64,000 bases of DNA from positions 2,225 to 66,224 of the forward strand of contig JAUSHL010000018.1 of NCBI GenBank assembly GCA_030648645.1. The letters are read 5' to 3'. Of the stretch, positions 36,590 to 46,477 are shown piece by piece. How positions within the stretch are numbered: position 1 is the stretch's first letter; the number at the start of each line of letters is the position of its first letter. The translations under genes were made by a program, and so were the position numbers. The notes under the pieces are model-generated. The model did not search any database. It was not told the origin of the DNA and saw only the letters and a list, made by a program, of their open reading frames with translations. This stretch comes from Candidatus Daviesbacteria bacterium. Its GTDB lineage: Bacteria > Patescibacteriota > Microgenomatia > Daviesbacterales > UBA10151.

Positions 36590-36934
36590 ATGGATACAAT
36601 TCTGTGGTCAATAGTGACATATGAAACACGTAGTAGAGAAAAACCAGTTGATCTTTTTATTAAAAAACAACAACCTCAAGCGAAGTCAAAAATAATCCAT
36701 AATGTCCGACTTCTACGGCAATATGGTAATAGACTTGGCATGCCTCATGCAAAAATATTAGGTGGTGGATTATATGAATTGCGGATCAGAGGAAAAGAAG
36801 AATTACGAATATTATATTGTTTTAACCAGAAAACTATTTATTTATTGCATGCTTTTAAAAAACAAACACAGCAAATACCGCAAAAAGAATTTGAATTAGC
36901 GTTTTCAAGAATGAAGGAGTTGACAAAGATATAA
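36590..36934 (+). CDS. RelE/HigB-like toxin (Gp49-type)
   Basis: LYELRIRGKEELRILYCF...IYLLHAFKK pattern; followed by an XRE antitoxin. Confidence 0.55.
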   Translation: MDTILWSIVTYETRSREKPVDLFIKKQQPQAKSKIIHNVRLLRQYGNRLGMPHAKILGGGLYELRIRGKEELRILYCFNQKTIYLLHAFKKQTQQIPQKEFELAFSRMKELTKI

Positions 36935-36955
36935 CATCTATGTTATAAATTAAGC

Positions 36956-37231
36956 ATGAGTAAATGGGATGTTTTAGAAAAAGAATTATTATCTGATAAA
37001 GCAACTAAAAAAGAGTTTGATAAACTCGTTCCTCGCTACGTAGTAATTTCACAACTAATTGAGGCAAGAATAAAAAATAAAATGACACAACTTGATGTAG
37101 CTAATAAAGTTGGTACCAAACAATCCGCAATTGCCCGTTTGGAATCGGGAAGTGTTAATCCCTCTCTGGAATTTTTACAAAGAATTTCCCAAGTAATGGG
37201 TTACAAACTCACAATTCATCTATCAAAATAA
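36956..37231 (+). CDS. HTH-XRE antitoxin (HigA-like)
   Basis: MTQLDVANKVGTKQSAIARLESG. Confidence 0.6.
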   Translation: MSKWDVLEKELLSDKATKKEFDKLVPRYVVISQLIEARIKNKMTQLDVANKVGTKQSAIARLESGSVNPSLEFLQRISQVMGYKLTIHLSK

Positions 37232-37234
37232 TTT

Positions 37235-37996
37235 ATGATATTAGCTTTAATTCTATCTTTGATTGCAGGATTGGCTGATGTTTTGGGGGGATTTTTTTCT
37301 GTTTTTAGAAAAGTTAATCAAAAAACTCTAAATTATTTTATCTCAATTTCTGCAGGTTTTATTTTAGCGGTGACTATTTTAGATTTGTATCCGGAGGTAA
37401 TAAATGAACTGGAAAGTGGGCCATTACTTATTCTTTTAGGTTTTGTGCTAATCTTTATTTTAGAAAACTTTTTTGCAGTTCATGCTCACCATGAAAAAGG
37501 AAATCATGAACATACCCTCATGGGCAAACATTTTGAAGATGATAAAATTCATAGGCATTCTGTTTTGGCAGCCTATTTGGGATTTTTAATTCATACTTTT
37601 TTTGATGGGGCTGCGATTGTTGCCAGACTTTTAATTTCTCCTGGGGCCGGTATTTTAGTTTTTATTGCTGTACTTTCTCATAAAATTCCGGAAGGATTTT
37701 CCATGGCTTCTATTTTTCAATCAGGGGGATTAACAAGAAAAACAGCTTTTTTAGGAGCTTCTTCTTTGGGTTTGGCCACAGTGGTGGGGGGAATGGTAGT
37801 TTTTTTATCAGGCCAATCTGAATTTAGTTTAATATTTTTGGCCCTTGCTACAGGAACTTTTACCTATATTACTACTTCAGAATTAGTTCCATATATTTCC
37901 GGTACTAAAGACAGAAAAGGAATTTTATTTTTTCTATTAGGGGTTTTGCTTTTTTACTTTTCCTCTTTGCTTTTGAATAGTTTGGGGTTAAAATAA
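37235..37996 (+). CDS. ZIP family metal transporter
   Basis: Eight TM helices; HKIPEGF motif. Confidence 0.7.
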   Translation: MILALILSLIAGLADVLGGFFSVFRKVNQKTLNYFISISAGFILAVTILDLYPEVINELESGPLLILLGFVLIFILENFFAVHAHHEKGNHEHTLMGKHFEDDKIHRHSVLAAYLGFLIHTFFDGAAIVARLLISPGAGILVFIAVLSHKIPEGFSMASIFQSGGLTRKTAFLGASSLGLATVVGGMVVFLSGQSEFSLIFLALATGTFTYITTSELVPYISGTKDRKGILFFLLGVLLFYFSSLLLNSLGLK

Positions 37997-38000
37997 ACCA

Positions 38001-38204
38001 ATGTCACAACCGAAAATTACCATTAACAGAAAAACCTGTATTTCCTGTGGCACTTGTGTGGCAATTGCTCCAAAAACTTTTGAATTGGATGATAAAATGA
38101 TTGCTGTAGTAAAAAGCGGTCTTTTAGATAATATAAAAACTATTCAGGATGCGGCTAGCAGTTGTGCAGTTTCTGCTATTACTGTGGAAATAATTAAAGA
38201 TTGA
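38001..38204 (+). CDS. small ferredoxin
   Basis: C..C..C plus distal Cys (ISCGTCVAIAP...SSCAVSAI). Confidence 0.55.
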   Translation: MSQPKITINRKTCISCGTCVAIAPKTFELDDKMIAVVKSGLLDNIKTIQDAASSCAVSAITVEIIKD

Positions 38205-39144
38205 TTTCCGGTAAAGCTAAATTTAAGTTTTCTTCAGCAATTTTTATTTCTTTTATTCTTGTCTTTTTTTGTTGAAACCAAGTTATTGCTTCAACAATTT
38301 TTTCTTCCGGCAATGATGCTCCGGCAGTTAATCCTACACAATTTATATCGGATAGCAATTGTGGATCCAAATCAGTTATTTGATCTAAAAGATAAGCTTT
38401 GGCACCCATTTTTTCTGCCACACTTTTTAATCTATTGGAATTAGAACTGTTAGGAGAACCTAAAACTATAATAACTTCAGCTCCCAATTTTACTAACTTT
38501 TTAACTCCATTTTGTCTGTTTTGAGTAGCCTTACAAATATCATCTTGAGGCGGTTCTTCAATTTGAGGAAATCTTTTTTTCAATTCTTTTTTCAAATTTT
38601 GAGTTTCATCAAAAGATAAAGTTGTTTGAGTAACTAAACTCAATCTTTGTTTTTTAGAAAAACTTAAATCTTCAATTTCTTCTAAATTTTGAATGACAGA
38701 TATATTATTAGGAGCTTCGCCAACAGTCCCCACAGCTTCATCGTGATTTTTCTGACCTAGATAAATAATGTGATAATTATTTTTGGCGAAATTTTTAACT
38801 TCCAAATGGGTTTTAGAAACAAAAGGACAAGTAGCATCGATAGTTTGAAGGTGGAGATTGGAAGCTTGAAGTTTGATAGCAGGAGAAATACCATGAGAGC
38901 TAAAAATTAAGATTGATCCCTTGGGAACTGCATTTAAATTATCAACGAATATTACTCCCTTTTTTTCAAAACGGGAAACAACAGTTAGATTATGAACAAT
39001 TTGGTGGTAGCAATAAATTTCTTTTCCTTGATTTTTTTGACAAACCAAATCAATTAAATCTATGGCTCTTTTCACTCCGGCACAAAAACCTCTGGGGGAG
39101 GCAAGTAAAATTTTTTTGGGAAATTTATTTTCCTTTTTTACCAT
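38194..39144 (-). CDS. ispH: 4-hydroxy-3-methylbut-2-enyl diphosphate reductase
   Basis: ASPRGFCAGVKRAI N-terminal signature. Confidence 0.85.
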   Translation of the reverse strand: MVKKENKFPKKILLASPRGFCAGVKRAIDLIDLVCQKNQGKEIYCYHQIVHNLTVVSRFEKKGVIFVDNLNAVPKGSILIFSSHGISPAIKLQASNLHLQTIDATCPFVSKTHLEVKNFAKNNYHIIYLGQKNHDEAVGTVGEAPNNISVIQNLEEIEDLSFSKKQRLSLVTQTTLSFDETQNLKKELKKRFPQIEEPPQDDICKATQNRQNGVKKLVKLGAEVIIVLGSPNSSNSNRLKSVAEKMGAKAYLLDQITDLDPQLLSDINCVGLTAGASLPEEKIVEAITWFQQKKTRIKEIKIAEENLNLALPEINL

Positions 39145-40304
39145 TTTCCGTCATCTTTAATTATTCTCTTTAATGTTGCTATCGCCTGATTTTGTAGGAC
39201 ATTTGATTTAACTAAAGTCTGACCGCGGAAAATTGCTACAGTGTTTTCTCCCTGACCCATCATGCCATAATCAGCGTCTGCCATTTCTCCCGGGCCATTG
39301 ACGATACAACCCATAACAGCAATAGATAAATTTTTTAAGTGAGAAAATTCTTTTTCAATTTTTGCTAACATTGGTGGTAGATCGAATCTGGTTCGCCCAC
39401 AAGTTGGACAACCAATTAATTCTAATTTGGTTTTGCGTAATCTTAAAGCTTGTAATAAATCATAGCAGACAGGTAATTCGTTAATTGGATCTTCTGATAG
39501 GGAAACGCGGATGGTGTCTCCTATTCCTTCTGCCAACAATGTACCGATTCCCAATACTCCCTTGATCCGGCCCATTTGTCCTGCTCCTGCTTCGGTTACA
39601 CCCAAATGCAGAGGGTAATTCATTTTCTCTTCAATCATTCGTTTGACCAGTAATCTATTTGCTTCAATCATAACCATGACATTACTTGCCTTTAAGGAAA
39701 TAACAAGTTCTTTGAAGTGATTTTTTTCGCAAATTTTCAAATATTCTATGGCAGATTCAACCATACCTTTCGGAGTGTCACCATACATTACAGTTAATCT
39801 TTCAGATAAACTACCATGATTTACTCCGATTCTCATTACTGTGCCATTTTTTTTACAGGCATCCAATACCGGAATGAGGGCTTTTTCAATTTCGATGAGT
39901 TCTGCTGTGATTTCTTTTTTACTGTATTCTAATTTTCCACTGGCTTTTTTAAAAACAAACAGTCCGGGATTAATACGGATCTTATCTAATACCATAGCTG
40001 TTTTTACGGCTATATCACTGCCAAAATGATGAATATCTGCAACTAATGGAACATCCCGATATTTCTTCTTCAGAAGTTTTTTAATTTCTATAACATGTTC
40101 GGCGTCTTTGAGTGAGGGAACTGTGACCCTCACAAGTTCTGCGCCGGCTTTATGTAATTTAATTATTTCTTTGACTACTTCCGGTACATTTTCTGTATGA
40201 GTAGTACACATGGTTTGGACAACAATTGGATTATCTCCTCCAATAATAATATTGCCAACTTTTACAGGCCTAGTTTTAAAACGAGGGCAATGAGTTTGAA
40301 TCAT
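39138..40304 (-). CDS. ispG: 4-hydroxy-3-methylbut-2-en-1-yl diphosphate synthase
   Basis: CPRFKTRPVKVGNIIIGGDNPIVVQTM and ELIGCPTCGRT; start placed at the internal Met (MIQTH), the upstream ORF extension being unsupported. Confidence 0.8.
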   Translation of the reverse strand: MIQTHCPRFKTRPVKVGNIIIGGDNPIVVQTMCTTHTENVPEVVKEIIKLHKAGAELVRVTVPSLKDAEHVIEIKKLLKKKYRDVPLVADIHHFGSDIAVKTAMVLDKIRINPGLFVFKKASGKLEYSKKEITAELIEIEKALIPVLDACKKNGTVMRIGVNHGSLSERLTVMYGDTPKGMVESAIEYLKICEKNHFKELVISLKASNVMVMIEANRLLVKRMIEEKMNYPLHLGVTEAGAGQMGRIKGVLGIGTLLAEGIGDTIRVSLSEDPINELPVCYDLLQALRLRKTKLELIGCPTCGRTRFDLPPMLAKIEKEFSHLKNLSIAVMGCIVNGPGEMADADYGMMGQGENTVAIFRGQTLVKSNVLQNQAIATLKRIIKDDGKW

Positions 40305-40355
40305 GGCTCTAATTCTAACACTTGATTCAAAAAAATAGAAGTTTAAAATAAGATC

Positions 40356-40883
40356 ATGGATAAACAAATAATTTTGGTCTGTGATGATCAAGGGAAATTT
40401 AGTGGGGAATATATTTCCAAAGAAATAGGTCATAAAGGAAAAGGTAAAAGACATTTGGCAATTACTGTTTTGTTAGAAAATTCTAAAGGGGAAGTACTAC
40501 TTCAAAAAAGAAAACATAAAATCTTTGATGATATTTGGGATCTGACAGGTGCTACTCATCCACTTCATCTTGCAGATCATGATGAAAGTTTTATAGAGGC
40601 AACTTTAAGATGTTTAAAAAGGGAATATGGGTTGGAGATTGGGGAAGTTAGGGAGGTAAGGGTAGTAGGAGAATTTAACTACTTTGCCCAATATAAAAAT
40701 GGACTTTGCGAAAATGAACACTGTGCAATGTTAGTTGGAAAATATGATGGAGTGTTGAAGTTAAATCCGGAGGTAGGTTATAGCTATAAATGGATGGACA
40801 AAAAAGAATTTTTAAAAGATATTAAAGAGAACCCTACTAACTATTCCCCCTGGGCAGTTGAGGGTGTAAAAATTCTGACTTAA
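40356..40883 (+). CDS. Nudix-family hydrolase (possible IPP isomerase-like)
   Basis: Nudix-like fold segments; the type-1 IDI Cys motif is not evident, so the call is kept generic. Confidence 0.45.
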   Translation: MDKQIILVCDDQGKFSGEYISKEIGHKGKGKRHLAITVLLENSKGEVLLQKRKHKIFDDIWDLTGATHPLHLADHDESFIEATLRCLKREYGLEIGEVREVRVVGEFNYFAQYKNGLCENEHCAMLVGKYDGVLKLNPEVGYSYKWMDKKEFLKDIKENPTNYSPWAVEGVKILT

Positions 40884-41553
40884 CACATTTTCTTTCTAAT
40901 TCTTTATCTAAAAAATTAATTGTATTCAAAGGAGATATTATTGTGGGGGATATATCAATAAGATTTTTAAAACATTGAGGATCTATTTCAGTAAGAGGAT
41001 AGTTGCCAATTTTATTTATAAAAAAACTAATATTTTTACTGTTATGTTCTCCCCAACTATATTTAAATCCTTGATTCTTTATTATTTGCCCAAAATTAGT
41101 TAAGAAAGCCTGACCTATGCCTTGTTTCTGGATGAAAGGAGCCTGAATATAATTAATTATATTAACTCCATAAGGTAATGATTCGTGGGCTATCAATAGA
41201 GCTAATAAATTATCTTTTTCTGTTAAAGTTCCTTCTTTAATTGCTTTTCGTCTATGTAAATTTAAAATTCTATTCCAATTATGTAGATTACCATTACTAA
41301 TATCATCTGTTTCTTGCATTATTCTTGGCTCATGCAATCCATCTTTTTTATAAATTCCTATACGTAAAGAAGGCACATATTCATCGTCCATTCGCCCTAT
41401 CCAAAACTCAGGTAAAGTAGTTGCTCTGATTTGTGTAGGGTCGGCAACAAGTTCCAATAGACGAGCAGGAATTAATACAGAGGGATCTCTGTATATTAAA
41501 GATAGAGGCTGAACGGCACATTCTTTATTGAACATATTCAAATAATAGCCCAT
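40837..41553 (-). CDS. GNAT-family acetyltransferase-like protein
   Basis: Q.GIGQAFL motif-A-like segment. Confidence 0.4.
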   Translation of the reverse strand: MGYYLNMFNKECAVQPLSLIYRDPSVLIPARLLELVADPTQIRATTLPEFWIGRMDDEYVPSLRIGIYKKDGLHEPRIMQETDDISNGNLHNWNRILNLHRRKAIKEGTLTEKDNLLALLIAHESLPYGVNIINYIQAPFIQKQGIGQAFLTNFGQIIKNQGFKYSWGEHNSKNISFFINKIGNYPLTEIDPQCFKNLIDISPTIISPLNTINFLDKELERKCVKSEFLHPQLPRGNS

Positions 41554-41604
41554 AGATTACCATAGACGATTTAAAAAAACAAATGATGTTATACAGCAAG
41601 TATA

Positions 41605-41634
41605 TTGACAAGAGATGATGGATATGATTAAAAT
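41605..41634 (+). promoter_or_regulatory. sigma-70-like promoter (TTGACA-17/18-TAAAAT), followed by a GGCGTAATGGCGCCAT / GCGCCATGGCGTAAT palindrome pair
   Basis: Upstream of the RNR gene at 41682. Confidence 0.45.
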
Positions 41635-41681
41635 GGCGTAATGGCGCCATCAATGCGCCATGGCGTAATAAAACATCTAAC

Positions 41682-43433
41682 ATGGAAAAATTATATACAT
41701 CTACTTTCAAACCCTCTGTATTTGCTACCGACATCTTAAAAAAAGGAAAAATAATACAGTATGCTGAGACCCCGCAAGATGCTATTGAAAGAGTGGTTAA
41801 TGATCTAAGTAGTGCCGAATATAAATTTGGAGCTACAAGGAGAGAAATGATAAATTTTGCTAATCAGCTAGGAAATTATATGGATGAAAAAAAAATAGCT
41901 CTAAACACCTCTATTTTAACAAATGCGGGCAGAGAGCATAATAGACCTCTTTCTGCATGTTCCGTTCCAGTCGTCGATCTTAGAGGAGATTTGAATAAGG
42001 TAAAAATTACTGTTGATACATACCATAAAGAAGGAATGGGAACGGGTTTTAATTTTAGTAATGTTGATGATCCAGTCAGAATATTAAATTTTTTAAATGA
42101 TTTAGCTATTTCTGGTCTGGAAGAAGGTAAAGAAGATCGTTCAGTAGGTAATATTGGTATTTGTCGAATAGATCATCCGGGTATTATGGAATTTATAGCC
42201 ATTAAAACTCAACAACCAGATAAGAAATGGATGTTTAATATTTCGGTTGACATTCCAAATGCTTTTTGGCATGCTTTGCAATCTGATAGTTTATGGAAGT
42301 TAAAAAATAATAATCAAATACTAGCTAGAACAGTATTCGATCAAATTATTTCATCAGTACATGCTTCTGGTGATCCAGGTGTCATATTTCTAGATAGATT
42401 AAATGAGGATAACCCAACTCCTGGAATAGGAGAATATATATCTACAGCACCATGTGCTGAGATGGGGTTAGTTGCAGGGGAAACTTGTCAATTTGGGTAT
42501 ATTAATTTAGCAAAATTCGTTAAATTAAAAGGAATATCCAAACAAATTAATTATCAGGATTTAGAGCAGGCATCTTTTTTATTAGTGAGGGCTTTAGATA
42601 ATGCCTTAGAACTAAGTCTTGAAAGATTTTCCATACCAACTAGCAAATTAATTAATAAAGCAAGAAGAAAAATTGGAGTTGGTGTGTGTGGTTTCGCAGA
42701 TTTACTAATAGATTTAGAACTTTCGTATGATTCTATAGAAGCCAGAAAATTAGCTAAAAACATATTCTCTTTTATCAATTTTCAAACTAAAATAGCTTCG
42801 TTCGATTTAGCGAAACGAAGAGGTTCTTTTGAAGCAATGGATTTAAGTATCAGTTGTCGATATCTGGAAAATCCAGGTTTTATTGAAAAAAAATATGGTA
42901 GTTTAGATACTGATACTATTTCAGCAAAAGAATGGAATATTCTTGCAGATCAGATTCGTACGACAAGATTATTAAGAAATTGCTCTACAATTGCTTTGCC
43001 ACCTACAGGTAGAAGTAGCTTAATTGTGGATGCTTCTGCTAGTATTGAACCTCTTTTTGATTTACGAGAAAATACATCTTCTTATTTAGGATTAATAAGA
43101 AGACTTCAGGATATAAACATAGATAGTCCAGCGAATAGAATACTGTTATCTTCAACTGGAAGTGGTCAATTTATTAATATGCCAGACGAAATGAAATCTA
43201 TATATAAAACAGCAACAGAAATAGATATTTATGGACACTTATCCATGGTGTCTGCTATACAATCATGTGTTGATGAATCAATTTCTAAAACCATTAATAT
43301 TTCTGCAAAAGAAGGACCAGACAAGATAGGTGAAATATATTTATTAGCTCATCAAGCAGGATTGAAAGGAATTACGGTATATAGAAATGAAAGCAATAAA
43401 AATCAACCGAAACAATTAGTAAAGGATAAATGA
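41682..43433 (+). CDS. class II (B12-dependent type) ribonucleotide reductase-like protein
   Basis: GDPGVIFLDRLN...STAPCAEMGL...ETCQFGYINLAKF matches the NrdJ active-site region. Confidence 0.6.
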   Translation: MEKLYTSTFKPSVFATDILKKGKIIQYAETPQDAIERVVNDLSSAEYKFGATRREMINFANQLGNYMDEKKIALNTSILTNAGREHNRPLSACSVPVVDLRGDLNKVKITVDTYHKEGMGTGFNFSNVDDPVRILNFLNDLAISGLEEGKEDRSVGNIGICRIDHPGIMEFIAIKTQQPDKKWMFNISVDIPNAFWHALQSDSLWKLKNNNQILARTVFDQIISSVHASGDPGVIFLDRLNEDNPTPGIGEYISTAPCAEMGLVAGETCQFGYINLAKFVKLKGISKQINYQDLEQASFLLVRALDNALELSLERFSIPTSKLINKARRKIGVGVCGFADLLIDLELSYDSIEARKLAKNIFSFINFQTKIASFDLAKRRGSFEAMDLSISCRYLENPGFIEKKYGSLDTDTISAKEWNILADQIRTTRLLRNCSTIALPPTGRSSLIVDASASIEPLFDLRENTSSYLGLIRRLQDINIDSPANRILLSSTGSGQFINMPDEMKSIYKTATEIDIYGHLSMVSAIQSCVDESISKTINISAKEGPDKIGEIYLLAHQAGLKGITVYRNESNKNQPKQLVKDK

Positions 43434-44074
43434 GTAAAGAATGTAAAGAAATTTTATGCTTTGTAGGTCCTTCTGGAGCAGGAAAGGATACAATTGTGAA
43501 TAAAATAAGGTATTTAATGGATGTTTCATATTATTCACTTTCAAACAAAATTAGAGAACAAGCATCTCTCTTGGGGTTAGAAAATCTTAGACGTGATGAA
43601 TTACAAATATTTGCTAATAAATTACGAGAACAACATGGAAATGGTATTTTTGCCAGCTTGTCCAAGAAAAATATTATAGAAGATCCTAATAAAATTATCA
43701 TAGTAAATGGCGTAAGACATCCGAGCGAAATAAACTTATTACGAGAAATAGAGTATACTTGTTTGCGAGTAATAGGTGTAACTGCTTCATCTGAAGTGAG
43801 ATTTAAGCGTGTAGTAGAGAGGGGAAGACAATCTGATCCCAAAACATGGGAATCTTTTATGGAGTGCGATAGGAGAGAGAATGGTATCCCAGGAGAGATG
43901 ATTGGGCAACAAAACGATCAATGTTTAAAAATAGCAGATATCATAATTGACAATAATGGATCAGTCGAAGAACTGGACTATTTAGTCGAAAGACTTTATT
44001 CGAGATTAACAGCTATATGTTTCGAAAAGTGTAGTAAAAATGTTTTTTACAATAAAAGAGGAGCAGGGTTGTGA
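43430..44074 (+). CDS. P-loop nucleoside/nucleotide kinase-like protein
   Basis: CFVGPSGAGKDT Walker A. Confidence 0.45.
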   Translation: MSKECKEILCFVGPSGAGKDTIVNKIRYLMDVSYYSLSNKIREQASLLGLENLRRDELQIFANKLREQHGNGIFASLSKKNIIEDPNKIIIVNGVRHPSEINLLREIEYTCLRVIGVTASSEVRFKRVVERGRQSDPKTWESFMECDRRENGIPGEMIGQQNDQCLKIADIIIDNNGSVEELDYLVERLYSRLTAICFEKCSKNVFYNKRGAGL

Positions 44075-44130
44075 GATTTTTTTGTTAAATATGATAATTC
44101 TGAGGAAGAATTTGTAATTTTTTTTAATAG

Positions 44131-45234
44131 TTGTATAATCGAAGAAATTTTGTTTTATTAAAAATGTCAAAACATGAGATGAAAGAATCCAATCCTATAG
44201 AATTGAAGCCTTTTTTCGTAACAGAGGTACTGTTGAGTGAGCTTAACGAAAGGTTAATAAAAGTAAGGTCTCAAATAAATAATTATTTTCCAGAGGAATA
44301 TAAACAAGCAGCTCATAGTGATTGGAGAGAAAATAGTCCTAAAGATGCGTTAGATCATGCATGGTCTTTAACAAAAGCAGAGCTGATAAATCTTGAAGAT
44401 AGAATAAGTAGAGCTTTCGTTGTCGATAATTTAGAAGGTGATTTTAAGAAAGTAAAGCCTGGTGTTGAAGTTATGGTAACTGATATGAATGGTAATCAAG
44501 ATAGTTTTGTACTTTTGAGTGTTACTAATTTAAAGGAAAAATATCTTTCCATAGAATCTCCGTTAGGAAAATCTTTGGTAGGAAAAATGAAGAACGAGAC
44601 TGTAAGGATAATAGGAGCTGATGGTAAAGAACAATCTTTTACTATTGATGGAATCAGAAAACCTAATTTTAAACAATCTTTACATAAAAAAGATGATTCT
44701 TTGGAGAGACAAGTTATAATAAGCGCACCTAAGTTACTAGATAAAAATAGTTCGACAGTAGGGCAACGGAGAAGTTCAAGAATAGATGCTATTAAAGATA
44801 AATCTTTAGAATTTAAATTAATTCAAAATGGGTTATCTGGAGTATCCCCAAAAAATAGTTTATCAGAAAAAACAAAAGCTAAAGACGAAAAACCGTTAGA
44901 AGCTATGGTTCATAGAGCGATAACTATGTTTGATGAAGTTGTTGCTAAATTAGAAAAACAAAATATTCCTTTCGAAAGAGAAGAAAAGAAACGAACATTT
45001 CTTACGGGAGGAGGAAGTCAGATTGAAGAAATTATCGAGTTTACTATAGCTGGTTCTAGATTAAGACTTCAAAAAATTAGTAGACCTAAAATTATTTCGG
45101 TGTCACAGTATTATACAAAGCGTTCTGGTTCTGATCAAACTAATATTATTTATTCAAAAACTGAAAATGATGTTTTACTTAAATATTTTAAATTGATTAG
45201 TGGTCGATGGGTAGAAGTTGATTATAGAATTTAA
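44131..45234 (+). CDS. GreA/GreB-family transcription elongation factor homolog with ~190 aa C-terminal extension
   Basis: N-terminal coiled-coil (AAHSDWRENSPKDALDHAW) and FKBP-like domain (SIESPLGKSLVGKMKNETVRIIGADG). Confidence 0.55.
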   Translation: MYNRRNFVLLKMSKHEMKESNPIELKPFFVTEVLLSELNERLIKVRSQINNYFPEEYKQAAHSDWRENSPKDALDHAWSLTKAELINLEDRISRAFVVDNLEGDFKKVKPGVEVMVTDMNGNQDSFVLLSVTNLKEKYLSIESPLGKSLVGKMKNETVRIIGADGKEQSFTIDGIRKPNFKQSLHKKDDSLERQVIISAPKLLDKNSSTVGQRRSSRIDAIKDKSLEFKLIQNGLSGVSPKNSLSEKTKAKDEKPLEAMVHRAITMFDEVVAKLEKQNIPFEREEKKRTFLTGGGSQIEEIIEFTIAGSRLRLQKISRPKIISVSQYYTKRSGSDQTNIIYSKTENDVLLKYFKLISGRWVEVDYRI

Positions 45235-45236
45235 CT

Positions 45237-45878
45237 ATGAAAAAAATCGGAAATAAAACTATTGAGGTTGAAATTAGAGCATTAGTTAATGATGCTAAGA
45301 GTGCAAAATTATGTATCGGTAGGTCAGGAGCTAAATTTATTAGAAAAATATATGTCCATGATATATATTTCTGTAATAAAAATTATTTTCAATTTGCAGA
45401 TGTAGAAATGAATAGTGTCGGTAGTTATAGTCTTAGATTAAGGTGTTCCAGAGAAAATCAAAAACAATCATTAAGTTTAAATACGAAAATAATTACAAAA
45501 GAAAGTGATCACAATGCATGGGAGGAGCATGAATCAGAGGTAAGTAATTTTAGTGAAGTATTTGAGATGCTTTGTTTTACTGAATTTAAACCATTCTTTG
45601 AATTGAAAAAATGGCGTTTAGAATATAAATTTAATAATTTAAATATTTTTATTGAGGAAATAGAAGATTTCGGAAGTGGTATAGAAGTGGAAATAATGAC
45701 TATACCAGGTTGTGAAGAGAAGGCTAAAAAACAAATAATGGAATTCTTAAATTCAATTGGTATTTCCTCTAAAGATATAGTTCCTAAAAGTGTAACAAAT
45801 ATTATTATGAGGAAACGTGCTTTTAAAAATGAAATTATAATTGATAAAAATTTAGATATCCCAGTAGACGCATTATGA
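45237..45878 (+). CDS. CYTH-domain protein
   Basis: EVEIRA acidic motif, alternating EiE β-strands, EVEI near the end. Confidence 0.45.
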   Translation: MKKIGNKTIEVEIRALVNDAKSAKLCIGRSGAKFIRKIYVHDIYFCNKNYFQFADVEMNSVGSYSLRLRCSRENQKQSLSLNTKIITKESDHNAWEEHESEVSNFSEVFEMLCFTEFKPFFELKKWRLEYKFNNLNIFIEEIEDFGSGIEVEIMTIPGCEEKAKKQIMEFLNSIGISSKDIVPKSVTNIIMRKRAFKNEIIIDKNLDIPVDAL

Positions 45879-46477
45879 TTATTTATTTTGCAGCTTCAAC
45901 ATCTGAAATCTCTCAACATAAAGATAATTATAAATTAATTGAGAAGACCATACATTCACTTAAGTTAGATTTAATTGAAAATTGGTTCATAGCTAAGTTG
46001 TATGGAAAAAATTTATACAAGAACCCAGAATATGCAATAAGAGAAGAAATTAAACTTGTTAGTAAAGCTGATTTTGTAATTGCTGAAGTAGGAGTTCCTA
46101 GTTTTGGAGTGGGTGTTGCTATACAACAAGCTTTAAATCAAAAGAAGCCAGTGCTTTGCCTCTATCCAAATAGTATGGATCGTTCTCAAGTTTCTGATGT
46201 ATTTTTAGGTTTTTATTTTAATTTATTAAAACTGGAATTTTACGATAAATATAATCTAAAAGAAATTATTAGTTCCAATTTAGAAATTGGGAATGACAAA
46301 GCTTTATCAAAGTTTAATTTCTTAGTTTCAAAAGATATAATTGAATATTTAGATTGGGTAACAGAAAAAACAAAACGTTCAAAATCAGATTTTTTACGAG
46401 AAGAAATTATCAGAAAAATTATTAATAACGACCAAGAATACTTACATGTCAAACAGAATAAGAGAAAAAAGGTATAA
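45875..46477 (+). CDS. nucleoside 2-deoxyribosyltransferase-like protein
   Basis: IYFAAS...VIAEV...G...E pattern; weak. Confidence 0.35.
   Translation: MIIYFAASTSEISQHKDNYKLIEKTIHSLKLDLIENWFIAKLYGKNLYKNPEYAIREEIKLVSKADFVIAEVGVPSFGVGVAIQQALNQKKPVLCLYPNSMDRSQVSDVFLGFYFNLLKLEFYDKYNLKEIISSNLEIGNDKALSKFNFLVSKDIIEYLDWVTEKTKRSKSDFLREEIIRKIINNDQEYLHVKQNKRKKV

Noticed and set aside
41612-41681. Cobalamin riboswitch upstream of the class II RNR
   Set aside because: The leader is only ~70 nt and lacks a B12-box. Only a promoter and a palindrome pair are present.
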